Below are positions 1 to 10,237 of a stretch of DNA of 64,000 bases, one piece after another; positions within the stretch are counted from its first letter, which is position 1, and every line of letters begins with the position of its first letter. Source of the DNA: a phage; assembly GCA_011911785.1 (NCBI GenBank), contig GCA_011911785.1_4084.1; one strand, given 5' to 3'. Position numbers and translations under genes: made by a program. Below the pieces are notes generated by a model, which ran no database searches, was not told the origin of the DNA, and worked only from the letters and a program-made list of their open reading frames with translations.

Positions 1-86
1 CTGGAAATAAGTTTTTAAATGGAAGACATAAGTGTAGAATACAAAAGAATAATTTTTATCTTCCAAGTACAATAATCAGTGAAGAT

Positions 87-2126
87 GTGTATTATTTAAA
101 ACTACATTGTAAGCGTGATGGTACATTTAATAACGTGGAAAGTGTTGTTTTCAATTTACAGGCTATTAACGTCATGCATTTTGGGAACATTTCACCATCA
201 GGATTATTGCGTGCCAACAAAGCAACTGTTACATTTGATAGTAAAGAAATATGGGTAACACCTGGATTAACTGTTACCGATGATGAACAGTTATATTGTA
301 TTGGAGACATAGAGTATGGTTCAGATAGTACTTTATTCATTCAAGGCTTCGGTCGTAAACGTCCGTATCAACCAAATGTAGATAGTGCCGTTGACACCAG
401 TCCACGTGTATTCTTCCCCGCTTATCGCTTGCTTGATATAACAGAACAAGATTTACCGTCTCGACATATTACAGGTAAAGCAGCTTACTTACGACCAGAT
501 GACTTAGCGTTTCCGGTTGACGGAATTAATAAAGAAGTTAAAGTTAATATAGTTGATGATACTGGTAAGATTACAAAAAGTGGGCTTTCTTTTAACCCGA
601 ATGGACAATTCTTACAAACATTTTTACATGAATCAGAACCAACTGACGTTTACTTTAAGGTAGAAATCGTAGATATTCTCAAAACCTACAATACACTTTC
701 TGAACGTTTTGCTATTGATCAGCGTTTTAAAGCATATCAAATGTGGGTATGTCCAAACGATGTATCTACTATTGCTGCTACTGATGAAAAACCAAAACCT
801 AATCATTTATATCAATTAAGAGATAACGTTGTGTATCCATATGTTATTAGTGGTGAATATGATGAAGGTATGATCAAACCATTATTCAAAAGTTCTGATT
901 GGAATGATTTGGGTTATTATGATGTGTCATTGGGTAGTGGTATTATTGGTGAAAAGCGTATGTTCCGTTTCTTGGAAAACGCCGCTGAAGGTTCATCTAT
1001 ACAAATAATTACCGATCCTGACTTGGGAACTATACACGTTGGAGAATACTTCGGTCATACAGTATATCCTCAAATACTTACTAATAGTAAGAATCAAGTA
1101 TCTTGTGTATTAGTGGGCGGTGATGACATAACAAAATATGGATTGGATCTTACACCTGATGGGTATCTTGTAGGTACAGCATATGCATTAAGCACTGATT
1201 TTAGTGCCAATGATGATATAAAATTGAATTTCCAGGTTGAAGTTTATGACACTGAAGGTAGTAGTGTTATTGGTGATTTCAAATTAAAAATCGTTCGCGG
1301 GTTGGGGCAAAATCATTTGAGTTCACATATTGTTCCATCTGTTCAATTTGAACGTGAATGGTTTAAATGTATCAGTACTCAAACATTTGCTAATTATGGT
1401 TTCCATCGTCAATCTGATGACAGATATGGTTTACAGAAAGTTCCTAGGATTCTTCTAAAAGAAAACTTTGTTAGTCAAAACTATAATTACACTAACTTAA
1501 ATGATTTGAAAAAAGTTCTCCGTGAGAATATAATAGATCCATCAGGGGCGACAATCCCTAACGGTAAATTCAAGATGGTTATTGGTAATTACAAAATCAT
1601 GTCAGCACTTGACAACAAAGGAAACCTTCTGTATGATTTAGTGTTTAGAGAGTTACATCCAGAAGGAACACAAGTTGCTGTTTCTACCAATCCCAGAATC
1701 TACACAAACGTAGATAACGGACTACTTGCCGAATTATTTGGTTTACGCCAGAATATTTACAAGGCTGTTGGTGAAGACACAACCAACTTGGTAAAAGACC
1801 CAACAGACTTAGTTAACCGTGGGTTATATGTTGATGCTATACCAGGTATAAGTGATGAGATGATTGATACTGTTCCACGCTTCATGAATCATCCATATAT
1901 TGAAGATGGGATTGAGAAAAAATTTATGCCTATCATTCCAGTAGCATACTGCTTACCTGGTAAGGGTGAAGCGTTTTTCCAAATGTTATTACAAAACAAC
2001 GAACATAGTTCAATGGTTAGTACTGAATTTGAAGTAACAGCAGTTGAATTCGGATACTTTGCTCAAGATCATGAGCGTTATGTACATGATACATTTAGAA
2101 TTGCATTACAGAATGATATAATATAA
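87..2126 (+). CDS. hypothetical protein (679 aa)
   Basis: Long ORF with GTG start; in-frame stop at 36-38 upstream; no motif recognised. Confidence 0.6.
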   Translation: MYYLKLHCKRDGTFNNVESVVFNLQAINVMHFGNISPSGLLRANKATVTFDSKEIWVTPGLTVTDDEQLYCIGDIEYGSDSTLFIQGFGRKRPYQPNVDSAVDTSPRVFFPAYRLLDITEQDLPSRHITGKAAYLRPDDLAFPVDGINKEVKVNIVDDTGKITKSGLSFNPNGQFLQTFLHESEPTDVYFKVEIVDILKTYNTLSERFAIDQRFKAYQMWVCPNDVSTIAATDEKPKPNHLYQLRDNVVYPYVISGEYDEGMIKPLFKSSDWNDLGYYDVSLGSGIIGEKRMFRFLENAAEGSSIQIITDPDLGTIHVGEYFGHTVYPQILTNSKNQVSCVLVGGDDITKYGLDLTPDGYLVGTAYALSTDFSANDDIKLNFQVEVYDTEGSSVIGDFKLKIVRGLGQNHLSSHIVPSVQFEREWFKCISTQTFANYGFHRQSDDRYGLQKVPRILLKENFVSQNYNYTNLNDLKKVLRENIIDPSGATIPNGKFKMVIGNYKIMSALDNKGNLLYDLVFRELHPEGTQVAVSTNPRIYTNVDNGLLAELFGLRQNIYKAVGEDTTNLVKDPTDLVNRGLYVDAIPGISDEMIDTVPRFMNHPYIEDGIEKKFMPIIPVAYCLPGKGEAFFQMLLQNNEHSSMVSTEFEVTAVEFGYFAQDHERYVHDTFRIALQNDII

Positions 2127-2139
2127 TAGGAGAAAAAAT

Positions 2140-2448
2140 ATGTTCAATCCATTTTTTGACCCTTCTGGTATGAGTGATAAAGAACTCCAACAAAAGATTA
2201 ATGATCAAAGTTTACGTATTAGTTCCGCTCGTGCCGCTGGCTTGAGTGATTCTATCATTGGTAACATGCAAATAGTACTGAATCAGTGCTATGAAGAAAT
2301 GACTTTACGACAAGGTAGAAAAGAGAAAGACACATACGAAGATACTGATCCATGTATTTTTGATATGAATTCTTATCTATCAGATGAAGAGGATAGTAAA
2401 AAGAAAAATGAAAGTTCAAGGAAACAGATATATAAGTCCCAATGGTGA
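2140..2448 (+). CDS. hypothetical protein (102 aa)
   Basis: ORF preceded by AGGAG RBS (taggagaaaaaatATG). Confidence 0.6.
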   Translation: MFNPFFDPSGMSDKELQQKINDQSLRISSARAAGLSDSIIGNMQIVLNQCYEEMTLRQGRKEKDTYEDTDPCIFDMNSYLSDEEDSKKKNESSRKQIYKSQW

Positions 2449-2926
2449 TGTTAAATGTAATTTGAATGCTGTAGTTTATGCTATGAATTGTGGGTCTGAT
2501 ATACAGTACTTACAATTACAAGATATAGATGAACAAGAGCGTTTGAAGTTTAACGATAACTGTAAAAAATTTGGACTAGAGCAACGTATGTTGGATTATA
2601 CAATTGACCATGATAGTAATCATGAGTTATGGCGTTATGATCCAATGTATGACAATATCAATCTAAGAGAATTCTTTTTACAAAAGTGTTCCACACCTGA
2701 AGCAAGACAGCGTGTGGAATACGAAATTGATTTATACGAACAATATAATATGACAAAGCTATTGCGTTGTATGATATGGTTGGTAGATTATATGGAAGAG
2801 CACAACATCTTCTGGGGCTTAGGGCGTGGTAGTTCTGTAGCCTCATATTGTCTGTTTCTGATTGGTTTGCATATGGTTGACTCATTGAAGTATGATCTCG
2901 ATGTGAACGAATTTCTGAAATGGTAA
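2384..2926 (+). CDS. hypothetical protein (about 170-180 aa)
   Basis: ORF overlapping the previous stop; true start may be 2408 or 2483. Confidence 0.45.
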   Translation: MKRIVKRKMKVQGNRYISPNGDVKCNLNAVVYAMNCGSDIQYLQLQDIDEQERLKFNDNCKKFGLEQRMLDYTIDHDSNHELWRYDPMYDNINLREFFLQKCSTPEARQRVEYEIDLYEQYNMTKLLRCMIWLVDYMEEHNIFWGLGRGSSVASYCLFLIGLHMVDSLKYDLDVNEFLKW

Positions 2927-2984
2927 CGAAACATGTGATATAATGGTTGTTGTGACGTTATAGCACTTAGAAAAGGGATTTTAT

Positions 2985-3347
2985 ATGTCAAAACATACTA
3001 CTTATCGTGGCACTATCATTGATATGGATATGCTAAAATATCAGAACCAACATCAGGTTGCATTGGGTAATGCTAAACTAAATGCTCGTGGTGATAAAAT
3101 TGGTTCTGGTGGAACTGTAATTAAAACTCGTGAAGAACTACTTCAAGAGAAAGAACGTGAAATGCAAATTCCTGACTATATTCCAGAACATCAGGCACAA
3201 AGCACTGATTATTCTGATGATGGTTGGGATGATGCAAGCTTTGAAGTTGAGCATGTCGTTGTACAAAACGAAGAAACAGTTGATCCTTCAGTTGCACCTG
3301 AAGAGAAGAAAGCACCACGCAGAGCAAAAACTAAAGATCAGGAGTAA
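2985..3347 (+). CDS. hypothetical acidic protein (120 aa)
   Basis: ORF with upstream purine-rich RBS. Confidence 0.55.
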   Translation: MSKHTTYRGTIIDMDMLKYQNQHQVALGNAKLNARGDKIGSGGTVIKTREELLQEKEREMQIPDYIPEHQAQSTDYSDDGWDDASFEVEHVVVQNEETVDPSVAPEEKKAPRRAKTKDQE

Positions 3348-3352
3348 TACAA

Positions 3353-3676
3353 ATGTCTAAAGTTATGACAGCATGTAAGGGAAAAGTACTGGTTACTGAT
3401 TTAGAACATGGCGAACGAAAAACTGCTGGTGGAATTGTTTTAACAAATGATGACGGTAAAATTCGTGGTATTCGTTGTCGTTGGGCTAAAGTTTATTCAG
3501 TTGGTGAAGATATAACTGATATTAAAGAAGGTCAATGGATTCTTATTGACCACGGTCGCTGGTCCAGAACTATTGAGGTTGATGGTGTTCAATTAAACTT
3601 AGTTGATTACCCAGCCGCAGTATCTTTGGTTTCCGATGAAGACCCACGTACTTCAGTACAAACATTTGGACGTTAA
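3353..3676 (+). CDS. GroES-like co-chaperonin (Hsp10 family)
   Basis: 107 aa; KTAGGIVL motif as in GroES (KSAGGIVL); glycine-rich beta-hairpin pattern; RBS aggagtaatacaaATG. Confidence 0.65.
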   Translation: MSKVMTACKGKVLVTDLEHGERKTAGGIVLTNDDGKIRGIRCRWAKVYSVGEDITDIKEGQWILIDHGRWSRTIEVDGVQLNLVDYPAAVSLVSDEDPRTSVQTFGR

Positions 3677-3730
3677 TTATAAAAGTAAGCTCGGAATATA
3701 TATTCTGGGCTTTTTATTTGGTTATATAAT

Positions 3731-4000
3731 ATGATTACAGATAATGATAAGTTTAGCTTTTCGGATGTTCAACTTGTTTCAAAGAATAATAGGTTTTTGT
3801 TTGAAGATAGGAAGAATACCAAATATGTTTATGAAGTATCTCACGATGTATTTAAGCACTTACTTGTAGTTGCTGCAAATGCAAAAGCACGTGGCATTGA
3901 CAATAAAGTAAATTCTTTTGACTATCTCTTTAATCAGTTGGAGATGACAGAAGACCTATTCACCGCACTACTATACCATCTATCAGATTGGACTCACTAA
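3731..4000 (+). CDS. hypothetical protein (89 aa)
   Basis: ORF in gene-dense + strand context. Confidence 0.5.
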   Translation: MITDNDKFSFSDVQLVSKNNRFLFEDRKNTKYVYEVSHDVFKHLLVVAANAKARGIDNKVNSFDYLFNQLEMTEDLFTALLYHLSDWTH

Positions 4001-4019
4001 TTTACATGAGGAATAATAA

Positions 4020-4973
4020 ATGACTACACTATGGACTGAAAAATATCGCCCACAAACCCTAGAAGATTACGTTTTCAAAAATGATGCTCTTCGTAAAAAG
4101 ATGGAAGAATGGATTTGTACTGGCAATATTCCACATATTGGATTCTTTGGTCCCGCTGGTACAGGAAAAACTTCAGCGATTAAAGTACTACTAAATGGAC
4201 TTGAAGCTAATGGTCACCTGGACCCAAGTGATGTAACAACTCTAAACATGTCAGATGAGGGTATTGATGCTGTGCGTGATAAGATTGACGCAGCCGCAAA
4301 ACTATCATGTTTTGGACGTTATCGTGTATTTGTTCTGGAAGAAATGGAACAGATGAACCACAAAGCACAAGGTAGCCTGAAGCGTGTAATGGAAGATTAT
4401 CACGAGAATGCTCGTTTTATTCTAACCAGTAATGAGCCACATAAAATTTTGAAACCTATTATTTCTCGTGTGCAAGTAATTACAATCGAGAAGCATGATA
4501 TGGAACAGTTTATGACCCGTATCATCAACGTACTGTTAGCTGAGGGTGTAGATTTATCATCCGAAGAAAGTATTGATCAAGTGCAGCAATACATCAATGC
4601 ATCGTACCCTGACTTCCGCAAAACATTAAACGTATTGCAGAGTTCAGTAGTTGATGGTAAACTAGTAAAACTAGAAGACAGTATTGAGAATTCTGCTGGG
4701 TATCGCACGGCAATCGTTGATGCATTAAAGGCGGGAAACATTCGTCAGATGCGTGAGCAGATTGTTCAAAATATCCCTGATGACGAAATGGATGCATTTT
4801 TCTCGTATCTGTATCGTAATGCAGAAATGTTCAGTACTGATGAAATCACACTAATGAAAATCAAGGTTAAAATCCGTGATGCAGTTGTCAAACAATCAAC
4901 AGTTTCTGATCGTGAGATGAACCTGAGTGCATTACTATGTGAAATTGACTTGATTTGTTCAGGAAATATGTAA
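4020..4973 (+). CDS. sliding-clamp loader ATPase subunit (T4 gp44 / RFC small subunit-like)
   Basis: Walker A GPAGTGKT; EKYRP N-terminus; SRV(C)-like motif; YPDFRKT box resembling T4 gp44 FPDFRKT; 317 aa vs 319 aa for T4 gp44. Confidence 0.8.
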   Translation: MTTLWTEKYRPQTLEDYVFKNDALRKKMEEWICTGNIPHIGFFGPAGTGKTSAIKVLLNGLEANGHLDPSDVTTLNMSDEGIDAVRDKIDAAAKLSCFGRYRVFVLEEMEQMNHKAQGSLKRVMEDYHENARFILTSNEPHKILKPIISRVQVITIEKHDMEQFMTRIINVLLAEGVDLSSEESIDQVQQYINASYPDFRKTLNVLQSSVVDGKLVKLEDSIENSAGYRTAIVDALKAGNIRQMREQIVQNIPDDEMDAFFSYLYRNAEMFSTDEITLMKIKVKIRDAVVKQSTVSDREMNLSALLCEIDLICSGNM

Positions 4974-5593
4974 TGAAACAACGTTGTGTAGTATGGGATT
5001 GTGATGAAGTGCTATTGGACCACATTGGTGGTCTATATAATTTTGTTAAAGAACATTATGATATTCATCCAGAAACACCATATCCAGAAAAATATGATTT
5101 GTGTCAGTGGTTGGGTGGAATTACTCAACCTGAAGTTCAAGAGATTCTAAAACACTTCAACCATCGTTCTTATGAGTTTGGTCTACTTGACCCAGTAGAA
5201 CATAACACGGTTGGAATTATGCAAGAATTACGTGATAAGTTCCCATATGATAAATTTGTAGTACTGACTAAATCTGGTACATTCGGTCACGGGGAAGTTC
5301 TCCGTAAGGTGAATCTCATTAATGTATTTGGTGAAGGTATTTTTGATGATATCATTATCATTGAAATGTATGAATCCAAAAAATCAGCACTAATGAAATT
5401 AAAAGCTCAATATGACGTTAAATTTTTGATTGACGATTATATTAAAAATATAGAAACGGCTATAGAGTTGGATATACCTGCTGTTATGATGTGTGCGTGT
5501 CATAACCATGAATACAAGCATAACAACGGCTTTGATTATGTTAATAATTGGAGCGAACTTCGTCTAAAAATTTACGAACTAATGAAAAAATAA
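4973..5593 (+). CDS. HAD-superfamily 5'(3')-deoxyribonucleotidase-like protein
   Basis: N-terminal DxDxV-type motif (VVWDCDEVLLD); start refined to ATG 4973 overlapping the upstream stop. Confidence 0.5.
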   Translation: MKQRCVVWDCDEVLLDHIGGLYNFVKEHYDIHPETPYPEKYDLCQWLGGITQPEVQEILKHFNHRSYEFGLLDPVEHNTVGIMQELRDKFPYDKFVVLTKSGTFGHGEVLRKVNLINVFGEGIFDDIIIIEMYESKKSALMKLKAQYDVKFLIDDYIKNIETAIELDIPAVMMCACHNHEYKHNNGFDYVNNWSELRLKIYELMKK

Positions 5594-5597
5594 CAAT

Positions 5598-5628
5598 AGG
5601 GGAACTTGATTCCCCTTTCATTGTTTTC
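5598..5628 (+). terminator. putative intrinsic terminator
   Basis: GGGGAA-loop-TTCCCC hairpin followed by T-rich tract. Confidence 0.45.
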
Positions 5629-5676
5629 AAAGTAGTAAATAATATAAATGTTCAAGTTTTTAAGGGAATAAAAAAC

Positions 5677-6252
5677 ATGGAAGATATGAATACAACAGAC
5701 AATGCTATCCAGCAATTATATGATAATTCTGGAATGTTAGACATTCTTCTGGCGGTTGAAAAATATTTTGATGACAATGATTTATATGCCTATACTGGTG
5801 TAATTGAAGGTGAACTAGTTGAGGGACCAAATGTTACTAAGTACTGGTGTACTGTTACATTCAAATATTATAGAGAAAACTTTCCAGATCCAACAGCATT
5901 CACAGTTTTAGAAAAACATGGAACTAAAGTTCAAGTTAAAGCTGATTACGAAATACGACCAATTGCGAAGCCTCGTAGTCGTAATGATATGAAAACACAA
6001 GCAACTCAACATGGATCAGTGAATGTACCAAGAACCGAAAGAGTACCAGTACTACTAGTTCGTTTTCAAATACCGCGAAATCTAATTAATCCAGAAAGCT
6101 TTGATGAATACAAACTAATGGCATCTGAATTTAATAGTAATCCAATGAACTTAGATCAAAATTCACCTGATATGAGTATGGAAGATGAGCAGGATGTTCA
6201 AGAATTAGATGCAGAATTTGGTGCACCTGATGAACAGAAAGGAGGAATGTAA
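5677..6252 (+). CDS. hypothetical protein (191 aa)
   Basis: Start refined to in-frame ATG 5677 with RBS aagggaataaaaaacATG downstream of the hairpin. Confidence 0.55.
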   Translation: MEDMNTTDNAIQQLYDNSGMLDILLAVEKYFDDNDLYAYTGVIEGELVEGPNVTKYWCTVTFKYYRENFPDPTAFTVLEKHGTKVQVKADYEIRPIAKPRSRNDMKTQATQHGSVNVPRTERVPVLLVRFQIPRNLINPESFDEYKLMASEFNSNPMNLDQNSPDMSMEDEQDVQELDAEFGAPDEQKGGM

Positions 6253-6932
6253 TGTCTAAACAATTAAATGAACAGGGATTGCGTCCTGAAGTGCTTAAAG
6301 ACCTGATTTACCCTATTATCAGTGTTGATGAATATACGCCTAAAATTGAAGATGGTAATATCGTTGTTATGTTTCAGGTGTTGAATAATTTTGATGCTGC
6401 ATATGATTTGTCCTCTTTCATTGAGAAATCACCAATCACTGCGGTAGATACTGAAGCTGCTGAAACACCTAACCTAGATGGTAGATATCAAGTATTTGTT
6501 GAAATGGAACGTAATGCAGAGTTTCCAGAAAAATTACTAACTCTAATTAAGACTATTGAAAACATTTGTCCAAATCCAGGATGGAAAATACAGCTTTATG
6601 GTGTTAATGATCCAATTGATGTAGACTTTGATGAAGTTCAGCAACGTGTTGAATTGGGAACACCAGATGCACTAAGTGAGTTTTTGGATTATGCTGGCGT
6701 AACTGTACTCAAAGAGGGTAATAACCTAAAACTACAAACCGTGTATGGTGATTTATGTTATAGTACTGGTAGTGGTTTTGCATCTGAGGAATACATCAAA
6801 TCTATGCTGAAAACTGAAACCAAATTAGATACATCAAGACTTAGTTCTATATTAGGTGAAAACTATACAGTACTACGTAGTGGTAATCAGTATATAGTTG
6901 GTAGAGATGGGAAGTATCTGGTGCTAAGATGA
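6252..6932 (+). CDS. hypothetical protein (226 aa)
   Basis: RBS aaaggaggaatgtaATG; ATGA-type overlap with upstream stop. Confidence 0.6.
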   Translation: MSKQLNEQGLRPEVLKDLIYPIISVDEYTPKIEDGNIVVMFQVLNNFDAAYDLSSFIEKSPITAVDTEAAETPNLDGRYQVFVEMERNAEFPEKLLTLIKTIENICPNPGWKIQLYGVNDPIDVDFDEVQQRVELGTPDALSEFLDYAGVTVLKEGNNLKLQTVYGDLCYSTGSGFASEEYIKSMLKTETKLDTSRLSSILGENYTVLRSGNQYIVGRDGKYLVLR

Positions 6933-7747
6933 GAATTTTAAATATGTTGAAATCTCTACATGAAAGTACTAAATTGGTTCAGGATGAAAAGTATCGTCGC
7001 AGTACTACAAAAGATTTAGCTTGTAGAATGTATATGCGTAGATTTGAGATTTCAAGGATTGGTAAGGGATGGGATGACATTAAACGTGATGATATCGATC
7101 CCGATGCAATCTTTAAAGCATATATGGCACGAAAGGTTTTCATTAATGAAAAAACATTTTATATTGACAGTGATAGAGAACGTGAAGTACAATTCACAAA
7201 AGGATTGTGGAAAATCTGGTGCATTGAGACATTTGGTGAGTTGTTACCTGAACCACCAGTACCAGAGACGTACAAAGAACTAAAGAACATCTTTGATAAT
7301 GAACATATACATATGAATTTTTCATTATATGAGACTGTCAATGAGGCATTGTTCTATGGTGAACTACACGGTCATAATGAATATTTTAGTTCTATGGTAG
7401 AGTTTGATTTGTTTTGTCATTTACCTGGGGTACAAAGCTGGACATCTGATCAGTACAGAGCCAGTAAGGTTGACAAACGTAAATTTTCAGCACAGAGATT
7501 TGTACAAGCAGCAATGGGTATGTATAAACTGGACTATCTGAACTGTCCAGAACCATATAAACATTTTTGGAAAGAAAGAGCACAGAAATGTTTAAACTAT
7601 GCTATCATACGTCTTATGGAAGTTTACATTTTAAAATTTAGGAATGCAACGGTGTATGATATGCCGGAGCCACCTAAAGATGAGAAGTACCCACCAGTTA
7701 AGGGTTTCAACTGGTACAGAGAGAAGAACAACAAAGGGACGTGCTAA
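6929..7747 (+). CDS. hypothetical protein (272 aa)
   Basis: ORF overlapping upstream gene by 4 nt. Confidence 0.6.
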   Translation: MRILNMLKSLHESTKLVQDEKYRRSTTKDLACRMYMRRFEISRIGKGWDDIKRDDIDPDAIFKAYMARKVFINEKTFYIDSDREREVQFTKGLWKIWCIETFGELLPEPPVPETYKELKNIFDNEHIHMNFSLYETVNEALFYGELHGHNEYFSSMVEFDLFCHLPGVQSWTSDQYRASKVDKRKFSAQRFVQAAMGMYKLDYLNCPEPYKHFWKERAQKCLNYAIIRLMEVYILKFRNATVYDMPEPPKDEKYPPVKGFNWYREKNNKGTC

Positions 7748-7763
7748 GGTGCGTCCTTTTTTC
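7736..7763 (+). terminator. intrinsic terminator
   Basis: GGACG-loop-CGTCC hairpin followed by TTTTTTT. Confidence 0.6.
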
Positions 7764-7772
7764 ATTTAGGTG

Positions 7773-7801
7773 TTGACAATACTAATCAAGTTAGATAGAA
7801 T
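7773..7801 (+). promoter_or_regulatory. sigma70-like promoter
   Basis: TTGACA, 17-nt spacer, TAGAAT. Confidence 0.6.
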
Positions 7802-7837
7802 AGCATTATTGATTTACTATTAATTAAAAAGAGGCTG

Positions 7838-8959
7838 ATGATGAAAGGAAAATATTTTTTCATTGAGAACAAACAAGAAATTGAAATCCAAGAGTTTGAT
7901 TACCAGTTTGTGTTGAATTCATTACTGAAAAAGTATGATCGTCGCGACAATAAAAAGTACTTTTATAATGTAATCGTAAAACGTACTTATGATTCAATGG
8001 GAAATCCCGAATTTGATGTTCGTAATTTAGAACTATCAAAAATTTACTATTCAAACACACGTTTGAATATGTTAGATCTCATGAAAGATGAAATTCATTT
8101 TAAAAATATTCAGATTCGTGATTTACCAGTGCCCCCACTTGAGCGTGAATACGAAGCATGGAAAGAAGGTCGTCTTAAACCACGTCCAGAACTTGCAGTG
8201 GTTGAAGTGCCAGCACCAATTGTTCTGACTAAAACACCAATTGATCCAGAAGATGAACGCATTGCGGATATCGAACAATGGATGGAATTTCCTGAAACTA
8301 TTAAAAAGGATTCTGTAAAAGTACTGGATTGGTTCGTAAACTTACCAGTATGTGCACAGGAAGTTGGTGTGAAGATTCAAAAAATTTCAGAGCGTCAATT
8401 GGACCTTAATGATGCATTACATAAGCATAGTGATTATGTTAGAACATTAATGAATAACTTAACCACTGCACTTGAATCGTTATTCCCATTGAAACCAACA
8501 TTTACACAAAAACTGTTTGGTAAAGCTGATATAAAGGTTCAACAGGCCGATTTACCTAAAGTAATGAAAGCATTGAATGATGCAGTGAAATATGATACGA
8601 ATAAGTTTAGTGGTTTAACTTCATTGTTTAATGAAATTCGAACTGAAGTTCGTGATATTAAAGATGAATTAGAATACGGAAAAATTGGGTGTGAGTATGC
8701 TATTCGTCGTTTGGATGATGCATTTGAATATGAACTGACTCTTGAACGTATCATGAAAATGAGCATTACCGCCGCAATGACTGAAGCTAGTATCGTTAAT
8801 GTGAGTAAACAGTATCAGATTGATATGAATAGAATGGTAGATATCCAAACTATTACTATTCCGTTGATTATCAATCGTTTACAGACACAAGTTGGAAAAG
8901 CAGTAGACGCAGATACCGCCGCGATCATTCGCAACTTAGCTTACGGCGATAAAGAGTAA
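7838..8959 (+). CDS. hypothetical protein (373 aa)
   Basis: ORF with RBS aaaaagaggctgATG downstream of a promoter. Confidence 0.6.
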   Translation: MMKGKYFFIENKQEIEIQEFDYQFVLNSLLKKYDRRDNKKYFYNVIVKRTYDSMGNPEFDVRNLELSKIYYSNTRLNMLDLMKDEIHFKNIQIRDLPVPPLEREYEAWKEGRLKPRPELAVVEVPAPIVLTKTPIDPEDERIADIEQWMEFPETIKKDSVKVLDWFVNLPVCAQEVGVKIQKISERQLDLNDALHKHSDYVRTLMNNLTTALESLFPLKPTFTQKLFGKADIKVQQADLPKVMKALNDAVKYDTNKFSGLTSLFNEIRTEVRDIKDELEYGKIGCEYAIRRLDDAFEYELTLERIMKMSITAAMTEASIVNVSKQYQIDMNRMVDIQTITIPLIINRLQTQVGKAVDADTAAIIRNLAYGDKE

Positions 8960-8968
8960 AAATAGTTG

Positions 8969-8997
8969 TTGACATAACTGTGTGTTGCTCGTATAAT
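8969..8997 (+). promoter_or_regulatory. sigma70-like promoter with dyad symmetry around the -10
   Basis: TTGACA, 17 nt, TATAAT; inverted repeat GTGTTGCTC / GAGCAACAC brackets the -10. Confidence 0.6.
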
Positions 8998-9044
8998 GTT
9001 TATCACAGAGCAACACTATCTTAAATTAAATGAGGAATAACCTA

Positions 9045-10172
9045 ATGTCCGAGAAAGAAATCAATCCAAAAAAAGCAACTACCAAAACTTCTAAGCGTAC
9101 TACGACCAAAACCAAAGGTAATACTTTTGATGCGAGTGATATTTTCGACCAACAGTCTAAGACGTTACCAGTACTGAAAGATACAAAAGGTAACACTATG
9201 TCTTTAACTGTTCAGAACATTAACACCATTGGAACAACTGCTGGTGCAGGTGTCGGACGACTGGCTGATGAAATCATGTCAAAAGTGAACGTCACTGATG
9301 ACAATACTGAATTTGGTAAATCAATTACCACAATTTTATCACTAACCCGTGCTGTTGATATTGACAGTCTACAAGATGATAAATCAATTGTAGGTTGGGT
9401 CAAAAAACTCTTTGTCAATGCAAAACAGAAAGTTGGTGATCAGTACAAGAATAGTAAAGAGCAGATTGATGAAATCATGAACACACTCCAGGTTGGTATC
9501 AATCGCCAACATAGTGAATGTGAGTGGTTGGATACTGCTTACAATGAGAATAAAGCCTATCTATTTGAATTACGCGATACGCTGGTTGAATTGGAACAAG
9601 TTACAAAAACTCAAGATGCTAAACTGGAAGAAATGCAAGCGAACCCTGATGTGGATTCTTTCGCAATCCAAGAGCAGAAGATGATTTGTGAAGCATTGTC
9701 TAAACAGGAAGATAAGATTCGCCGTCTTATCATGATGTGTGAGCTTAGTGGCCCTCGTCTGATGAGTATGAAGAAAGTGAATCTAAACACTGTATCTAAA
9801 TTTGAAGATCTGAAATCTGTTGTCATCCCTGCATGGAAATCACAACTAGCAGAACAATTGATTTCTGAACGCCAACGCAAAGATAATGAGTTGGGTAATT
9901 TGATTGATAATGAAACTAACCGTTTACTTGAAGTGAACTCCAAAATGGTAGCAACTAATATGTTAGATGCTGCTAAAGCTAATAACCGTGGTATTGTGGA
10001 TATTAAAACATTGCGTAACGTACACAAAACAATGATCGATAGCATCGAAGCAGTACTGATTGAAGAGAAGAAAGGTAAGGAAGAACGTGAACGTGCTAAA
10101 CATGAAATTGCACAGTTGTCCTACGAACTTGAAGAAACTCTTCGCGAAATTGCTGACAAAGCTAACAAGTAA
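9045..10172 (+). CDS. hypothetical coiled-coil protein
   Basis: Start refined to ATG 9045 (RBS tgaggaataacctaATG); K/E-rich heptad-like C-terminal half. Confidence 0.55.
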   Translation: MSEKEINPKKATTKTSKRTTTKTKGNTFDASDIFDQQSKTLPVLKDTKGNTMSLTVQNINTIGTTAGAGVGRLADEIMSKVNVTDDNTEFGKSITTILSLTRAVDIDSLQDDKSIVGWVKKLFVNAKQKVGDQYKNSKEQIDEIMNTLQVGINRQHSECEWLDTAYNENKAYLFELRDTLVELEQVTKTQDAKLEEMQANPDVDSFAIQEQKMICEALSKQEDKIRRLIMMCELSGPRLMSMKKVNLNTVSKFEDLKSVVIPAWKSQLAEQLISERQRKDNELGNLIDNETNRLLEVNSKMVATNMLDAAKANNRGIVDIKTLRNVHKTMIDSIEAVLIEEKKGKEERERAKHEIAQLSYELEETLREIADKANK

Positions 10173-10175
10173 TAG

Positions 10176-10204
10176 TTGACATATAAATGTGCCCATTGTA
10201 TAAT
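10176..10204 (+). promoter_or_regulatory. sigma70-like promoter with hairpin-embedded -10
   Basis: TTGACA, 17 nt, TATAAT; inverted repeat ATGTGCCCATT / AATGGGCACAT flanks the -10, followed by T-rich tract. Confidence 0.6.
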
Positions 10205-10237
10205 GGGCACATATTTTATTAATTATCTAAGGATAAT

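Noticed and set aside
4973-5593. Calling 4973..5593 the clamp-loader small subunit (gp62-like) by position
   Set aside because: The sequence shows a HAD-type DxDxV motif instead, so the positional inference is not supported.
9611-10045. Minus-strand ORFs from the six-frame track overlapping + strand genes (for example 9611..10045, 16437..16754, 60598..61053)
   Set aside because: They lie fully inside longer + strand ORFs, lack RBS context, and show the low-complexity composition typical of antisense frames in AT-rich DNA.
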